The notes below the pieces were generated by a model. The model worked only from the letters and a program-made list of their open reading frames with translations. It made no database searches and was not told where the DNA came from. The position numbers were made by a program, and so were the translations under genes. From NCBI GenBank assembly GCA_043228905.1, contig JBHGNT010000003.1, positions 23,746,001-23,810,000 on the forward strand: a DNA stretch of 64,000 nt. The letters are read 5' to 3'. Source of the stretch: Azolla caroliniana (Eukaryota > Plantae > Polypodiophyta). Shown piece by piece: positions 53,090 to 64,000 of this stretch (positions within the stretch are counted from its first letter, which is position 1; each line of letters starts with the position of its first letter).

Positions 53090-53619
53090 CTATGCCTCTT
53101 TGGGGAGTTCTAAGTGGTACAACATGCTATTACGGTTATACCTTAGTTTAAGTTTTACATATTAGGAGATGATTGTGAATGTGGGAGTTGAATAGGAAGA
53201 CTCTAAGCGGAAGAACACGCCATTTGCAAGTAGTATTTTTGTTAACCCACAAGACTTTGAGGAATCCAACCTATATTCCGTGGTATTGAACTTGAGGTTT
53301 GTACTAACGACAATTGCAACAAAGACCTCATTTACTGCTTAGATTAGCTCAATTGAATGTTTGGGTGGTGTCAAACTTCTAGGCTCTTTGCAAAAATAAA
53401 AAAGATGTGATCAACTCAATGGAGTTACACCTACATCATGCTTATGGAGCGGAGCTACACCACATCATACTTAGTCCGCACCCACATCATGCTTTGTCCT
53501 CCGGCACTCTCACTCGAGAGCATAAAACTATGTAGCATAAGCCTCACCAGAGAACTCCCTCAATATAGGAGGCAATGTCTTCCCAAGGGTGCCTAAGAAT
53601 TGATGAGACAAAATCAGTA

Positions 53620-53661
<42 letters not shown>

Positions 53662-53975
53662 AACGGCAACAAATATGTATGTAAAACATGAGAAGGGAAG
53701 GGGGAGGGGAGGTTAAGGAAAAACGGCCAAAACGTGTGTGAGTGTGTAAACAGGCTCCTGTGTGAACGCGGTCCTTTCCAGGTGTGAACACGGCCCTCGT
53801 GGTTTCCCGCCACTTTGTTCCCTCCCTTTTTCCCTCCTCCTCCTCCTCCTCCTCTTTCGCTTCTGCTCGATCCCTAATCCCTAATCCCTGGCACCTGCAC
53901 ACGACGAACCTTGGTACCTCTCATCCTTCGTACGGTTCCACCATTAATCCTTTCTTAGAGTCGGGACGGGCACAC

Positions 53976-54010
<35 letters not shown>

Positions 54011-54279
54011 GAGAGACAGAGATATAAAAGAAGAAAGAAAGTGAGAGGCGCTCGATTCGATCATTCTTTTGTAAGTATATGCTTTTATGTTTGCATAATT
54101 CTGCTCTTTCTCCCCCGATCATGTCATCTTAGGGTTTCAGTTTTCTTCCATAATTCCTTTTTATTTGGAAACTTGCTTTGGTCATTTGCAGAGCTCCTTT
54201 CTTACCCCATCAAGATGAATTTAGAGTTCGCTAAAATAACTGTTTTTCTTCTTCCCTCAGGTTCTGTCTTCTCAAGAGA

Positions 54280-57200
54280 ATGGGTCAGCTCTTTGCTGCA
54301 ACAAGTGTAAAAAATCATTCATGTGGTACGATTTTGATTTATTTTTCTACATAAAATCCACATTTGTTTATTTCCCTCCCCATGTTTTATGATTGTCGCA
54401 ACACCATATTTTCTCGAAAATTCAAGGAGTGATAAATACTTTTGCAAGTCTTTTGTACCCTTAAGAAACCTTAAAATCTGAATTTGTTTATTTTAATCAA
54501 AACGATTATATGCATTAGTTATTTGTTTTTTCTACACACAATAGAAGATCTTCTTTTCAAAAAATATTCTTTTTTAGTTAAAAACCTGAATACATATATT
54601 TTTACCATACTATGCAGATGATGAAGAACATAGTGGAACTGCGATAATTGATGATAAACAAAAAGATGTTGAATCAGGTTGGTATATGAATAAGATATTA
54701 AAATTCAAACCAATCAAGGTTCTTAGCTCTTCACGTGGTTGCGATCAACCCAAGACAAGATCTATGATTGATCTTGTGAAAAGGTCAAAAGAAAAGGATC
54801 TAAGCGAAAAGGAACTCTTATCAGCCCCTTCTGATTTGAACGAAACAAGTGGTGTCTTGAATAACTTTGACGTGCATCAAGATCAGCCATTAGCTGGGAT
54901 CGTTCAGACATGTGAGAGCGATGAAGAATTGGAAAAAATGACTCTAAAAGAGATGCAACGTCGTCTTAAGAAATCTCTGAAAGGCTCTTTGGAATCAAAG
55001 AGCAACAAGATTGATCTAAGTTCATCTATGAAGCCTTCCGATGGCTTAACAAGTGCAGTCTTATTAAAAGACACGATAAACAACTCTATCATGCTTACTT
55101 CCAATTTAATTTCGTCTATTAGAGAGACTCATGTCTCACAGAGTGAATGGTTAGTGGCACATGCATGGAATAACAGCAAAATTACCAAAAATGAAACAAT
55201 GCCTCATGTCTTGATGAACACATGCCAAATAAAAACGGAGATTACATCAGAAGATACTTTTGAATATTCTGAAAGAGACGTTGCATCGAAGAAGAGATCA
55301 TTTGGTGATCTGACAAATGATAAACATGAAAATATTGAAGAAGATGATGATGCGATGACCTTGGGAATGTGGCAATCTCATAAAAAGAAAAAGATGTCAA
55401 GCAAGAAAAAGAAAAGACAGGATAATCCCAATATTGTGTGTAGTTTGCTGGGTGCTGACCCTGCTATATGTTCTCTTAATGCTGCCCTGAATCCTGATGA
55501 TTATGTACTTGAAGGCACAAGTATTTCGGGATGCACTCAGACAGTAACCTTGTCGACTTCTTTGGGTCATGTACCTTCTGGTACCATTAGCATAGAGGGT
55601 GATTGTAAACCAATTCCTGAAGGTGAGATAGAGAATAGAGAACTCAATCATGAAGTTGTAAACAATGAGGCTGATGTCAATAAAAGAAAATCCAATCATG
55701 AAGATCTAATCAATATTAAAAATGAAGTTTCTAGCAATGTGGATATTGGAGTTTTAAGGAAGATTGATGACGAAGTTCTCAGCAAAATTAGCAGTGAATC
55801 TTCGAGCAATATTAGCATTGCAAGGTTAAGAAATAACGTCAATCAAGTTCCAAGTGACATTGGTTGTGCTGTTTTGAACAAGATAGACACTTTTGTTTTA
55901 AGTAGCAATGACAATAAAGTTTTAAACAAGATTGACAATGAGTTTATTAGCAGAATTGATTGTGAAGGTTTAAGTGATATCAGCAACCAAGTTATAAGCA
56001 AGCTAGATAATCAAGTTTTTAGTGGCATTGGTTATGATCGTTTCATCAACAATGAAGGAACAAACATGGCAGAAAAGGAAGTTTTAGGCAACCTTGACAA
56101 TCTTGAGAATGAATGTCTAAGCAACATAGATGAGGATGGTTTGAGAAATGTTGACGTTAATCATCTGGCTGCCACAAATCCTGAACAGGAGGAGAACAGG
56201 ACTGATGATATGAGCATGTTTTGCTCTGAAACGACGCAATTACAAAGTCAGGTTCATGCTACTGATCTTATTACTGAAGATGGTTTGTTGCAAGGTGATG
56301 AAGTCAAGCAAAATGCAATAACTAAAGATTACAGTGATGAAACAATGATTGAAAATAGGGAATGGAAACCAATGATTGAAAATAGTGAACATGAAGTGCT
56401 ACTTAACAGTAGCAAAGGTTGTCTTCATGACACTGCACCTAATTCTTTTGTTGAACCTATTCCCAACATACAGCTTTGTGAACCTTGCGATGATACAGAG
56501 AAGTATTTTGTGAACACTGGGGATCTTGGTTTTTCTAGTAATGATCAATTCAATACCAGTTTTCTACAACAAAATCAAGGAACTGAAGCAGTGAATCACT
56601 ACGGTGAAGCGGCATCACCTATTAACACTTATACTAGTGAAACTTACTGCAATGAAGAAATATCGCCAATTGATGATTTATACTCTACTGAGAAGCTTGG
56701 TGTTGAAATGGAGCAGCATCATAGTCATGCACAACCATCCAAAATCCCTCGTAAAAGAAAGGTCAGCTTAATCAAACCCTCCATTTCTATGTTCACTACA
56801 GGTGCCATATTTGTTAATTATTAATAAGGCGCACAGTTTTGCAGGCAATCTCTCCATTATCACGGGAAAAGCTTATTAAGGCATCGAAGCTATCTGATGA
56901 AGATGTCATGCATAGAGGTATACTTCTCTTTTCACATTAACATGTTCGTGTTTTTAAACTGTCCAAGGCACTGAAAACATCTGATTGTATTATTTGTAGG
57001 CATGAGAAAGCTACCACGCTCTTTCAAATGCTACATAGGACAAGATAACTTAAACCAAGAATTACTAGACGTGAATGCTTGGACAAAGGGTGTATCCATG
57101 AATGAAATAAGCCCCACAAGGAAATACAGTCAAAAGGAAGATGTTACAACTGGATCCCCTTGTCATAAACGACAGAAGTCACTATTCTCAAACTCATTAT

Positions 57201-58469
57201 CGCTATCGAAGTGCAGCCCTCCGATGACTGTACAAGAAGATCTCTCGCTTGTTTTGAATAGTTCACCCTCTCCACCACCTCATCAACCCGCCAATAGCAA
57301 TTCAATGCTAAAAGTATCACCCTTGGTACCGGCAAAGGGTATATTGAGATCATCATCTCCCAGTTGTAAAGGTGCATGTAGATGTGATGAGTGCGCATCT
57401 TTACGCCTTAGGGCTGAACGAGCAGCTGAATTCTCTCAACAACAAATGCATGATATTGAAGGGCTAACAGTGAAACTATTGAAAGAATTGAATACAATGA
57501 GAGGGGTTTTAGAAGAGACATTGATCCATGGTGGCTTAAAGTCACATAGCCCGAGATCAGTCCGATGTCTAGACAAGGTACTTGAGTTTGTGTTGAACTG
57601 GATTAAGTTTTTTTCATAGCATTTTTGAATCTAGACTTAATGTTTCCTTGTCCCTTTGGATTATATAGGCAAGAATGGTTGCAAATAATGCAGTCGACGC
57701 AGAAAAGATGGCCAAAACATGGTTGGTAAGGATGGCACGAGATTGTAACCGATACTGCAAAATCATGGTAAGCATTCAGAGAATTGTATTTTTGTGTTCA
57801 ATTTTAAACTAGGAAAAGGAGATTAGAGCTAAGCATGTGCATTTAATTGTATTTGAATTTGAATCTATGAGGTGGTTGAGCAAGAGATAGACAAAATGGA
57901 AACAGATATTCTTAGGATTGGAAATGGGAATTAGATAATAATAGTTATAGTTAGATCCTTAATTATATATAATTTGGAAATGGGAACCAGTTTGAATCTC
58001 TCAGATTTCTAATATAACTAACGTCTAGCTACTTAATTTGGCCCAAATTTAGATACTAATTTCAATTTGTTTCTTTCTGATTTCCATTTACAAGTATTAA
58101 TTGCATCTGTCCATTTTTCTAATATGGTGCCTGATTTATTTCTTATGTGTCAAGTGTAAATTCTACCCTCATCTCTCCAGATGTAGATATCAGGAACATT
58201 CTGCCCTTTACCACTTGCTAATTTTGTTTTCTCTGGCCCATAAAAGAATTAATGATTGATTTTTATTTTTCTCATTTCAGCGTATGCAAGAGAGAAAGCT
58301 GACTTTTGCTGATGAGTCTGGGGGCCAGTTATGCCAAGTGAAGTTGTTCCGATCAAAAACTCATAAACAACCATCTGATAGTACCTCTGGAGACTTTTCA
58401 AATTCATCTATTGGTGGTTCGACAGCTAGTGAAATAGAAACTATTTCTGTCTCAGAAGCCATTAAATGA
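54280..58469 (+). CDS. Uncharacterised plant protein (resembles At3g56870-type C-terminus) with a long disordered N-terminal region
   Basis: Exons 54280-54325, 54618-56761, 56845-56917, 57000-57577, 57669-57767, 58281-58469, all in frame. Conserved-looking blocks RKAISPLSREKL, KGILR, CRCDEC, AAEFSQQQMHDIEGL..KLLKEL, WLVRMARDCNRYCKIM and RKLTFADESGGQLCQVK. Confidence 0.85.
55721..56155 (+). repeat. Coding 24-bp / 8-aa degenerate repeat tract (consensus ~NEVLSxID)
   Basis: NEVSSNVD IGVLRKID DEVLSKIS SESSSNIS IARLRNNV NQVPSDIG CAVLNKID TFVLSSND NKVLNKID NEFISRID CEGLSDIS NQVISKLD NQVFSGIG, then KEVLGNLD, NECLSNID and EDGLRNVD. Confidence 0.85.
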
Positions 58470-59419
58470 GTTTATACATCAATGTCATAGATGGTTCAAG
58501 AAGTGAAAATCTGTATCCATAAATTTAGTCGGTGCAATCATAATCATCGAAGAAACAACACTAACTCCATCAGCTTTGAAGTAAAAATTTCCTATCCCTT
58601 TAATTATGTCATACTCCTTTGGCTACCATGCAATGTAAACTGTATTGTTAAACTCTTGACATAAACTAATGTAATGTGCTATATTAGCCTTCGCTAGAGG
58701 CTGGGATTGTCCTAGTCATGAATTTGAATCGGAGTTGCTTTGGGTTGCTCCATATTGAAAAAATAAAATCCCTAGCTTTACCTCAATTTACTTTTTCTGG
58801 AGAGTGCATTCTAATATTTGAATATGATTAATGGTTGGGATGGAGTGGATGGAGTCACTTATTCAGCTGGTTGGTTGATCACGAGCTCCATAATTTGGTG
58901 CTGCTGGTATAATGGCATGGTTCAGGCATGTTTGATAGTGTTTGATGCCTATAATTCAGGTTCAGGCTTTATATGTGTTTGTGGAATGAGGTTACATGCA
59001 ACATATAAATGTTGAGGATTGATTAGCATTGTTATTCAAACCTGGTCAGCATGAAATGGTGTTTGATTACTTGTAAATGATGCAAGTGTAGCTGACATCA
59101 TTGGGGATAGAATGCTCATATCAATGACATCATGTGAGTGCATAGTCTCTGTAGGGGATGTTCCATGTGTAGCTTATCCTCAATGACATCATTGGGGACA
59201 GAATGTTAGAGGCACTAATTTTCCTGCTTAAAATATAATGTGATTCATAATAAGTTTGATGGGCATAAATTAAGTGTCAAACTAGAATCTCCAAAAAAAA
59301 GACAATGAATCACAATACATATTTAAATTATATGATTATCCTTTTGCAAGACCTGAATGATCAATTATAGGAGGCATTCCAGCTTTAGTCTGCCATAGAA
59401 GAGATGGTGATAAGGTCAT

Positions 59420-59512
59420 TATGCATGATAGCTCCATTTTACAATCATTGCAAAGCAAAGCTCCATTTTACAATCATGATAGCTCCATTTATGCATGATA
59501 ACTCCATTTTAC
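59420..59512. repeat. Short tandem repeats (agctccatttt units)
   Basis: aRctccattt recurs four times. Confidence 0.85.
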
Positions 59513-60537
59513 ACTTGCTCCTTAAATGGTCTCCGAGTCAAGTATAAATGTAAATTAGCATAGCAAAGCCACTTCGGTTTTGTAGGTCCTTGCTCACTTC
59601 ATGTAGGATATGTCCGGATTTGTATATAGTAACAATTGTTCATTACTATTTTTCCAAGTCACTTATGAAAGGCAAATTATACCACCAAGACATTCGTGTT
59701 CCATAGATGGAGTATCTCTCATTCCACAAATTTCCCTAACATAAATATTATGGACCTTATAGAATCCAATGGGAACAAGCTATTTGGATTGGCTTCTAAA
59801 TCCTAATTTTGTTTTGTTACCAATATTTGTATGCCACTTTTCAACATCGCCAAAGGACTTTGAATGTAAACAAAAAGTTGAGTTAATATTTAGTTGCATG
59901 TTGTCCCTTGGTGATGAACATTGCATGTTGTGGAACCACATTCACACATCTAAAATCAGGATCCTTCCGTAATGGGGGGTGGAAAAAGCCACCTCAATGG
60001 AGCATACCTCCACTTTATTCTCTCGCCAAAAGAGGTAAAGACCTCCACCAACATAAATTTTAGAATTCCTGATTGAAATAAAGTCGAGGATAAAGGTCAA
60101 GGGAAAGTCTAACCAACAAAATATGGAAGTGCGTTGGTTACTTGTAAGACTCCGCAACTATTAGTTGTTTCACATCTGAGTGATGGTATCAATGCTAAAG
60201 GTTCTACTAACCATTAGAGTTTGAGAATCCAAAGTTTTACCTTCCATGATCGACTATTTCGAATTTGGAATTGTGGTGGATTGGACAAGAATTAGCAGAT
60301 CCATATGCTCGAAAATAGCAACCCACACACCTCAAAGTTATATCCACTTAGAGAAGCTTAAAAAAGTAGAGGAAAATATTTTGTTGAGCGTTGGAAGTAA
60401 AGAGTTTTGGGCTGAGAGCTAAATTGAACATTTCTTCTATTTCTCTCAGATGCCCCTACGTTTTCATTATTTCTCGAAAATGCCCTTTGATCTGACCGCG
60501 GGTGAGAGACAGAGATGTGCTGCTTTCCTCTGCTTGG

Positions 60538-62793
60538 ATGCGATCCCCTGCCTTCCTCAGACGAGCTTGCTTCCATCAGAGTTCAAGGCAAGTCTCTCTG
60601 GTTCCCCTTCCCCTTTCCTATGGAAAAGAGGAAGAACAAGAGCATGAACAAGAAAGAAATGGAGACACAAATCATCTTCAAAAGACCTCTTCTCCGGGTC
60701 AGACCTGTTTCCATATGGTTCGATCCTTGCATCAGAAAGGCCAACTAGAAAGATCGATACAAATTCTTTCTCATATCCCAGAGCTATGCCCTAACCATAA
60801 GCTTTACCTCTCCCTCCTAAAGGACTGCATACAGAAGAAAGCTTTGCATCTCACAAAGAAGGTTCAACTTCATCTACTGCCGCATAAAGCAAAGTTGCCT
60901 TGCTTTTTGAATGATTACGTGGTTGTCTCTCTTGCAAAATGTGGGGGAATAGAAGAAGCTCTTCAATTGGCTCGAACCTTAACACGCCGAACGGTTTTCT
61001 CATGGACAGCTATGATCTCCTCATGTGTTGAATGCGATAGACCACATGAGGCCATTCATTTGTATAGCCTAATGCAGAAAGATAATGTTTTTCCCGACCA
61101 TTACACAATTGTTAGTGTTCTTAAGGCATGTGGAAACGTTTATAATCTTGAAATAGGCGAGAAATTACATCAAGATGCTAGAAAATTTGGCTTCATATCA
61201 GATATATTTGTAGGAAACACGCTTGTGAGCATGTATGGTAAAAACGGTGCCATTGATAGAGCTGAGGGTGTGTTTTGTGGTCTTATGAAACATAATGAAG
61301 TCTCCTGCAATGCAATGTTGTCAGTATATGTCGAGAATGGACAAGGAGAGAAAGCGTTGAGATTGTATAGACAGATGCAAGCTGAGGGAGTATGCTGTAA
61401 TGAGTTAACATTTGCAATCACTAGTCAAGCATGTCTTATCCTTGCTGAAAAGGAAGAATATCTTCAATGCCCTAAAGTAATGGCTCTGGAGATTGGTCGA
61501 GCATTGCTTTATGATGCTCAAAGAAGAGGATTTGGTTCTGATGGCTTTGTTTGTAACATGTTTATCTGCTTGTTCGGAAAGTTTGGAACTTTGGCTGAAG
61601 CAGAGTTAACTTTTGGCAATTTGTTCTTCCAAGACGTCAAATCTTGGACCATCATGTTTTGTGCTTATGTGGACCAAGGGCGAGGAGACAGAGCTTTACA
61701 ATTTTATAGACAAATGCATGTAAATGGCATATATCCTGATGCACATATGTTTGTTACTGCTTTTCATGCTTGTGTTACCCTAGCGGAGAAGAAAGTGCCT
61801 CTTGAAATGGGCTCAACAACCCAGCAAATATCTCTAGATATTGGTGTTGCATTACATCAAGATGTTAAGAGCAATGGTCTCACTTCCAATGTCTTTGTCA
61901 ATACTGCTCTACTAACCCTATACTGGAAATGTGGAAAACTTTTAGAAGCAGAGGGCGTGTTTAACAAACTATCTCAACGAAGCATCGTTTCATGGACGGC
62001 CATGCTTTCTGCATATGTGGAGCATGACCAACACGCAAAGGCATTATGCTTATATCAACAAATGAGGCAAGAGCTTGTGACTCTGGATGATGTTACTCTA
62101 ATTTGTGTTTTGCAAGCATGTAGTGAAACAGGAAATCTTGAGATAAGCAAGGATCTTCATTTCATAATTACATCGGCAGGTGAATGTGGTCAAAAGAACT
62201 CTTTACCGGCTACACTTGTCCATGCATATTCTAGTTGTGCAAGCATGGACAATGCAAGGAACATCTTTGATGGTCTTATCCAACCAGATGTTGTATCGTG
62301 GGGTGCATGCATAGCTGGCTATGCTGCAAAAGGAAGCTTTACAGCAAGTTTGCAAATGTTTGCAACCATGGAACAAGAGGGCATCAGACCGAATGAAATA
62401 TTATTCGCATCTGTTCTTTCAGCATGCAGCCATTCTGGCCTTGTTTCTGAAGCTCTAGGATACTTCAACTCAATGCTCGGTGATTATTCCATATCTCGAA
62501 GCATGAAGCATTACATAAACATGGTAGATCTCTTTGGACGCGTGGGAGATTTTGGAAGGTTGGAGAACATGTTAAAGAACATGCCATTGCAAGCTGACAT
62601 AACAGTATGGTTATGTGTATTAGGTATGTGCCATAGACATGGCCAGCTACAGCTTGCGAAAACGGCATTTGACAACGCAGTCAGTTTGCAGCCTACAGAG
62701 TCTGTGGCCTATATTTTGATGTCAAATATATATGCGGAGGTCATTCAACGAGACTCTTCAGCAACTGATATTGACACCTTTTACATAAGGTAG
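60538..62793 (+). CDS. PLS-class PPR protein ending in an E motif (no DYW); probable organellar RNA-editing factor
   Basis: Single exon with an Arg/Ser-rich N-terminus. P-L-S triplets (VFSWTAMI, FVGNTLVSMYGK, IVSWTAML), P2-L2-S2 (FASVLSACSHSGLV, HYINMVDLFGRVG) and an E region (VWLCVLGMCHRHG...AYILMSNIYA). First ATG at 60538. Confidence 0.95.
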   Translation: MRSPAFLRRACFHQSSRQVSLVPLPLSYGKEEEQEHEQERNGDTNHLQKTSSPGQTCFHMVRSLHQKGQLERSIQILSHIPELCPNHKLYLSLLKDCIQKKALHLTKKVQLHLLPHKAKLPCFLNDYVVVSLAKCGGIEEALQLARTLTRRTVFSWTAMISSCVECDRPHEAIHLYSLMQKDNVFPDHYTIVSVLKACGNVYNLEIGEKLHQDARKFGFISDIFVGNTLVSMYGKNGAIDRAEGVFCGLMKHNEVSCNAMLSVYVENGQGEKALRLYRQMQAEGVCCNELTFAITSQACLILAEKEEYLQCPKVMALEIGRALLYDAQRRGFGSDGFVCNMFICLFGKFGTLAEAELTFGNLFFQDVKSWTIMFCAYVDQGRGDRALQFYRQMHVNGIYPDAHMFVTAFHACVTLAEKKVPLEMGSTTQQISLDIGVALHQDVKSNGLTSNVFVNTALLTLYWKCGKLLEAEGVFNKLSQRSIVSWTAMLSAYVEHDQHAKALCLYQQMRQELVTLDDVTLICVLQACSETGNLEISKDLHFIITSAGECGQKNSLPATLVHAYSSCASMDNARNIFDGLIQPDVVSWGACIAGYAAKGSFTASLQMFATMEQEGIRPNEILFASVLSACSHSGLVSEALGYFNSMLGDYSISRSMKHYINMVDLFGRVGDFGRLENMLKNMPLQADITVWLCVLGMCHRHGQLQLAKTAFDNAVSLQPTESVAYILMSNIYAEVIQRDSSATDIDTFYIR

Positions 62794-64000
62794 GTCTACC
62801 ATTGAGGTTATTCCAAAAGGATGTGGTACACGGGGCCAATACATTAATAGATACGCAACAGCAAAATGAAAGAAATAGGAATGTTTGTATAGATTGGTGG
62901 AGAGTGCCATACACGCAAGGGGTTAATTATAATATGGTGGGAAATAGAAACTGATAAAAAAATTATTTTCCATTACGTAGACGTAGCAATGATATGGGAA
63001 TTTTCATTTTGTGTATCACAGATTGAATCACCCCTTATTGATGTGTCATGAAACCTTCAGACGAGGAAACTTGGGATACAGAGCTACTTGTCCAGGTTAA
63101 CAAAGACGGATGAAAAGTAATATCAAGTGGATATTAGGATTGAACCGACATTTTTAGTTGGATGCAGTGTGAATTCACTCCTAACTTTTAATAGAATGAC
63201 ACCCTTATCTACATACGTTTTGATGCAATAACGCCCAAATCTATACTATGAGACATGTTTTTTTAACAGTACAAGGGAAAAGTAGAGTGAACCAAGGACC
63301 AAGATATGTTTATTTACACAAACGTTCACCTTATCCCTTGGGAACTATCCATTTGGACAACACGTTTGTTCGCTGGCTACCCAAATAGCCTATCGTTGGC
63401 CATAAGGTCACCCAAATGCTGAGAGGCATATCTCTAGTATAATTTTGACTCCTTTGCTAGGTACACACATTCGAAATGAGTTCGATAATCTATCAGTAGT
63501 GTCATTGAAAATCATATGATAACAACCTTTTGTGTAAATTCTTGACATTTTTCTGAAAAAATATAAAAAGTAGGGACAATTACTTATATATTCTTTGTCA
63601 AAGTTGAGGCTTTGGATACATAATGTGAGGTTATAAGATTAATCCTCAATAAACAGGAATGGAGTTTTGCTAATTACAACATTTAATTGCTAATTATGAT
63701 CTACACACATTTAATCAAACAAGGAGATTATCATGTTCATTATGATTCTAAAAAAAATGTAATATGACAATTGAGAGGAATCAGAAACTTAAAGCTCTAA
63801 ATTATTCTCATATCAGAAGCTAATGAAGGCATATATACATGTGTGCATATAACCATTGCATATAAACTTCACACTGGCATAACAAGTGCATCAAATATGT
63901 GCCTTATGGGCTCTTCCAAAATAAAATAAAATGCTCTCTAATATCTTGATTTGCAAACCATACTTCTTTCGCTACTCTAGAGTTTTGGTCATCCATAGAG

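Noticed and set aside
38875-62793. HAD-MAN-NAGK-unknown-PPR as a functional gene cluster
   Set aside because: The products belong to unrelated pathways and nothing in the sequence supports co-function.

Overview
Eukaryotic land-plant nuclear DNA, most likely from a fern. This is an inference from the extra-long L-type PPR motifs and an apparently unedited plastid rps18 fragment. The window holds seven nuclear protein-coding genes: a BRWD/PHIP-like WD40 gene (-, runs off the left edge), an ASG1-like plant PH-like-domain gene (-), a HAD-family hydrolase (-), a GH5 endo-beta-mannanase (+), an intronless plastid N-acetylglutamate kinase (+), an uncharacterised protein with an internal 8-aa repeat tract (+) and a PLS-E PPR gene (+). 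The transposon landscape includes a 5.9-kb Gag-only LTR retrotransposon with a tRNA-Trp PBS, an apparent 4-bp TSD and an internal repeat array; a related solo LTR; a decayed L1-like LINE carrying a 205-bp double-tRNA SINE-like insertion with a 14-bp TSD; a hAT MITE; a second solo LTR; and two plastid-derived fragments (rps18, 23S rRNA). The most unusual observations are the Gag-only element with its hierarchical coding repeat array, the double-tRNA insertion, a tandem array of copied splice-donor sites in BRWD intron 1, and the octapeptide repeat tract. All exon boundaries and family assignments were read by eye and were not database-verified.
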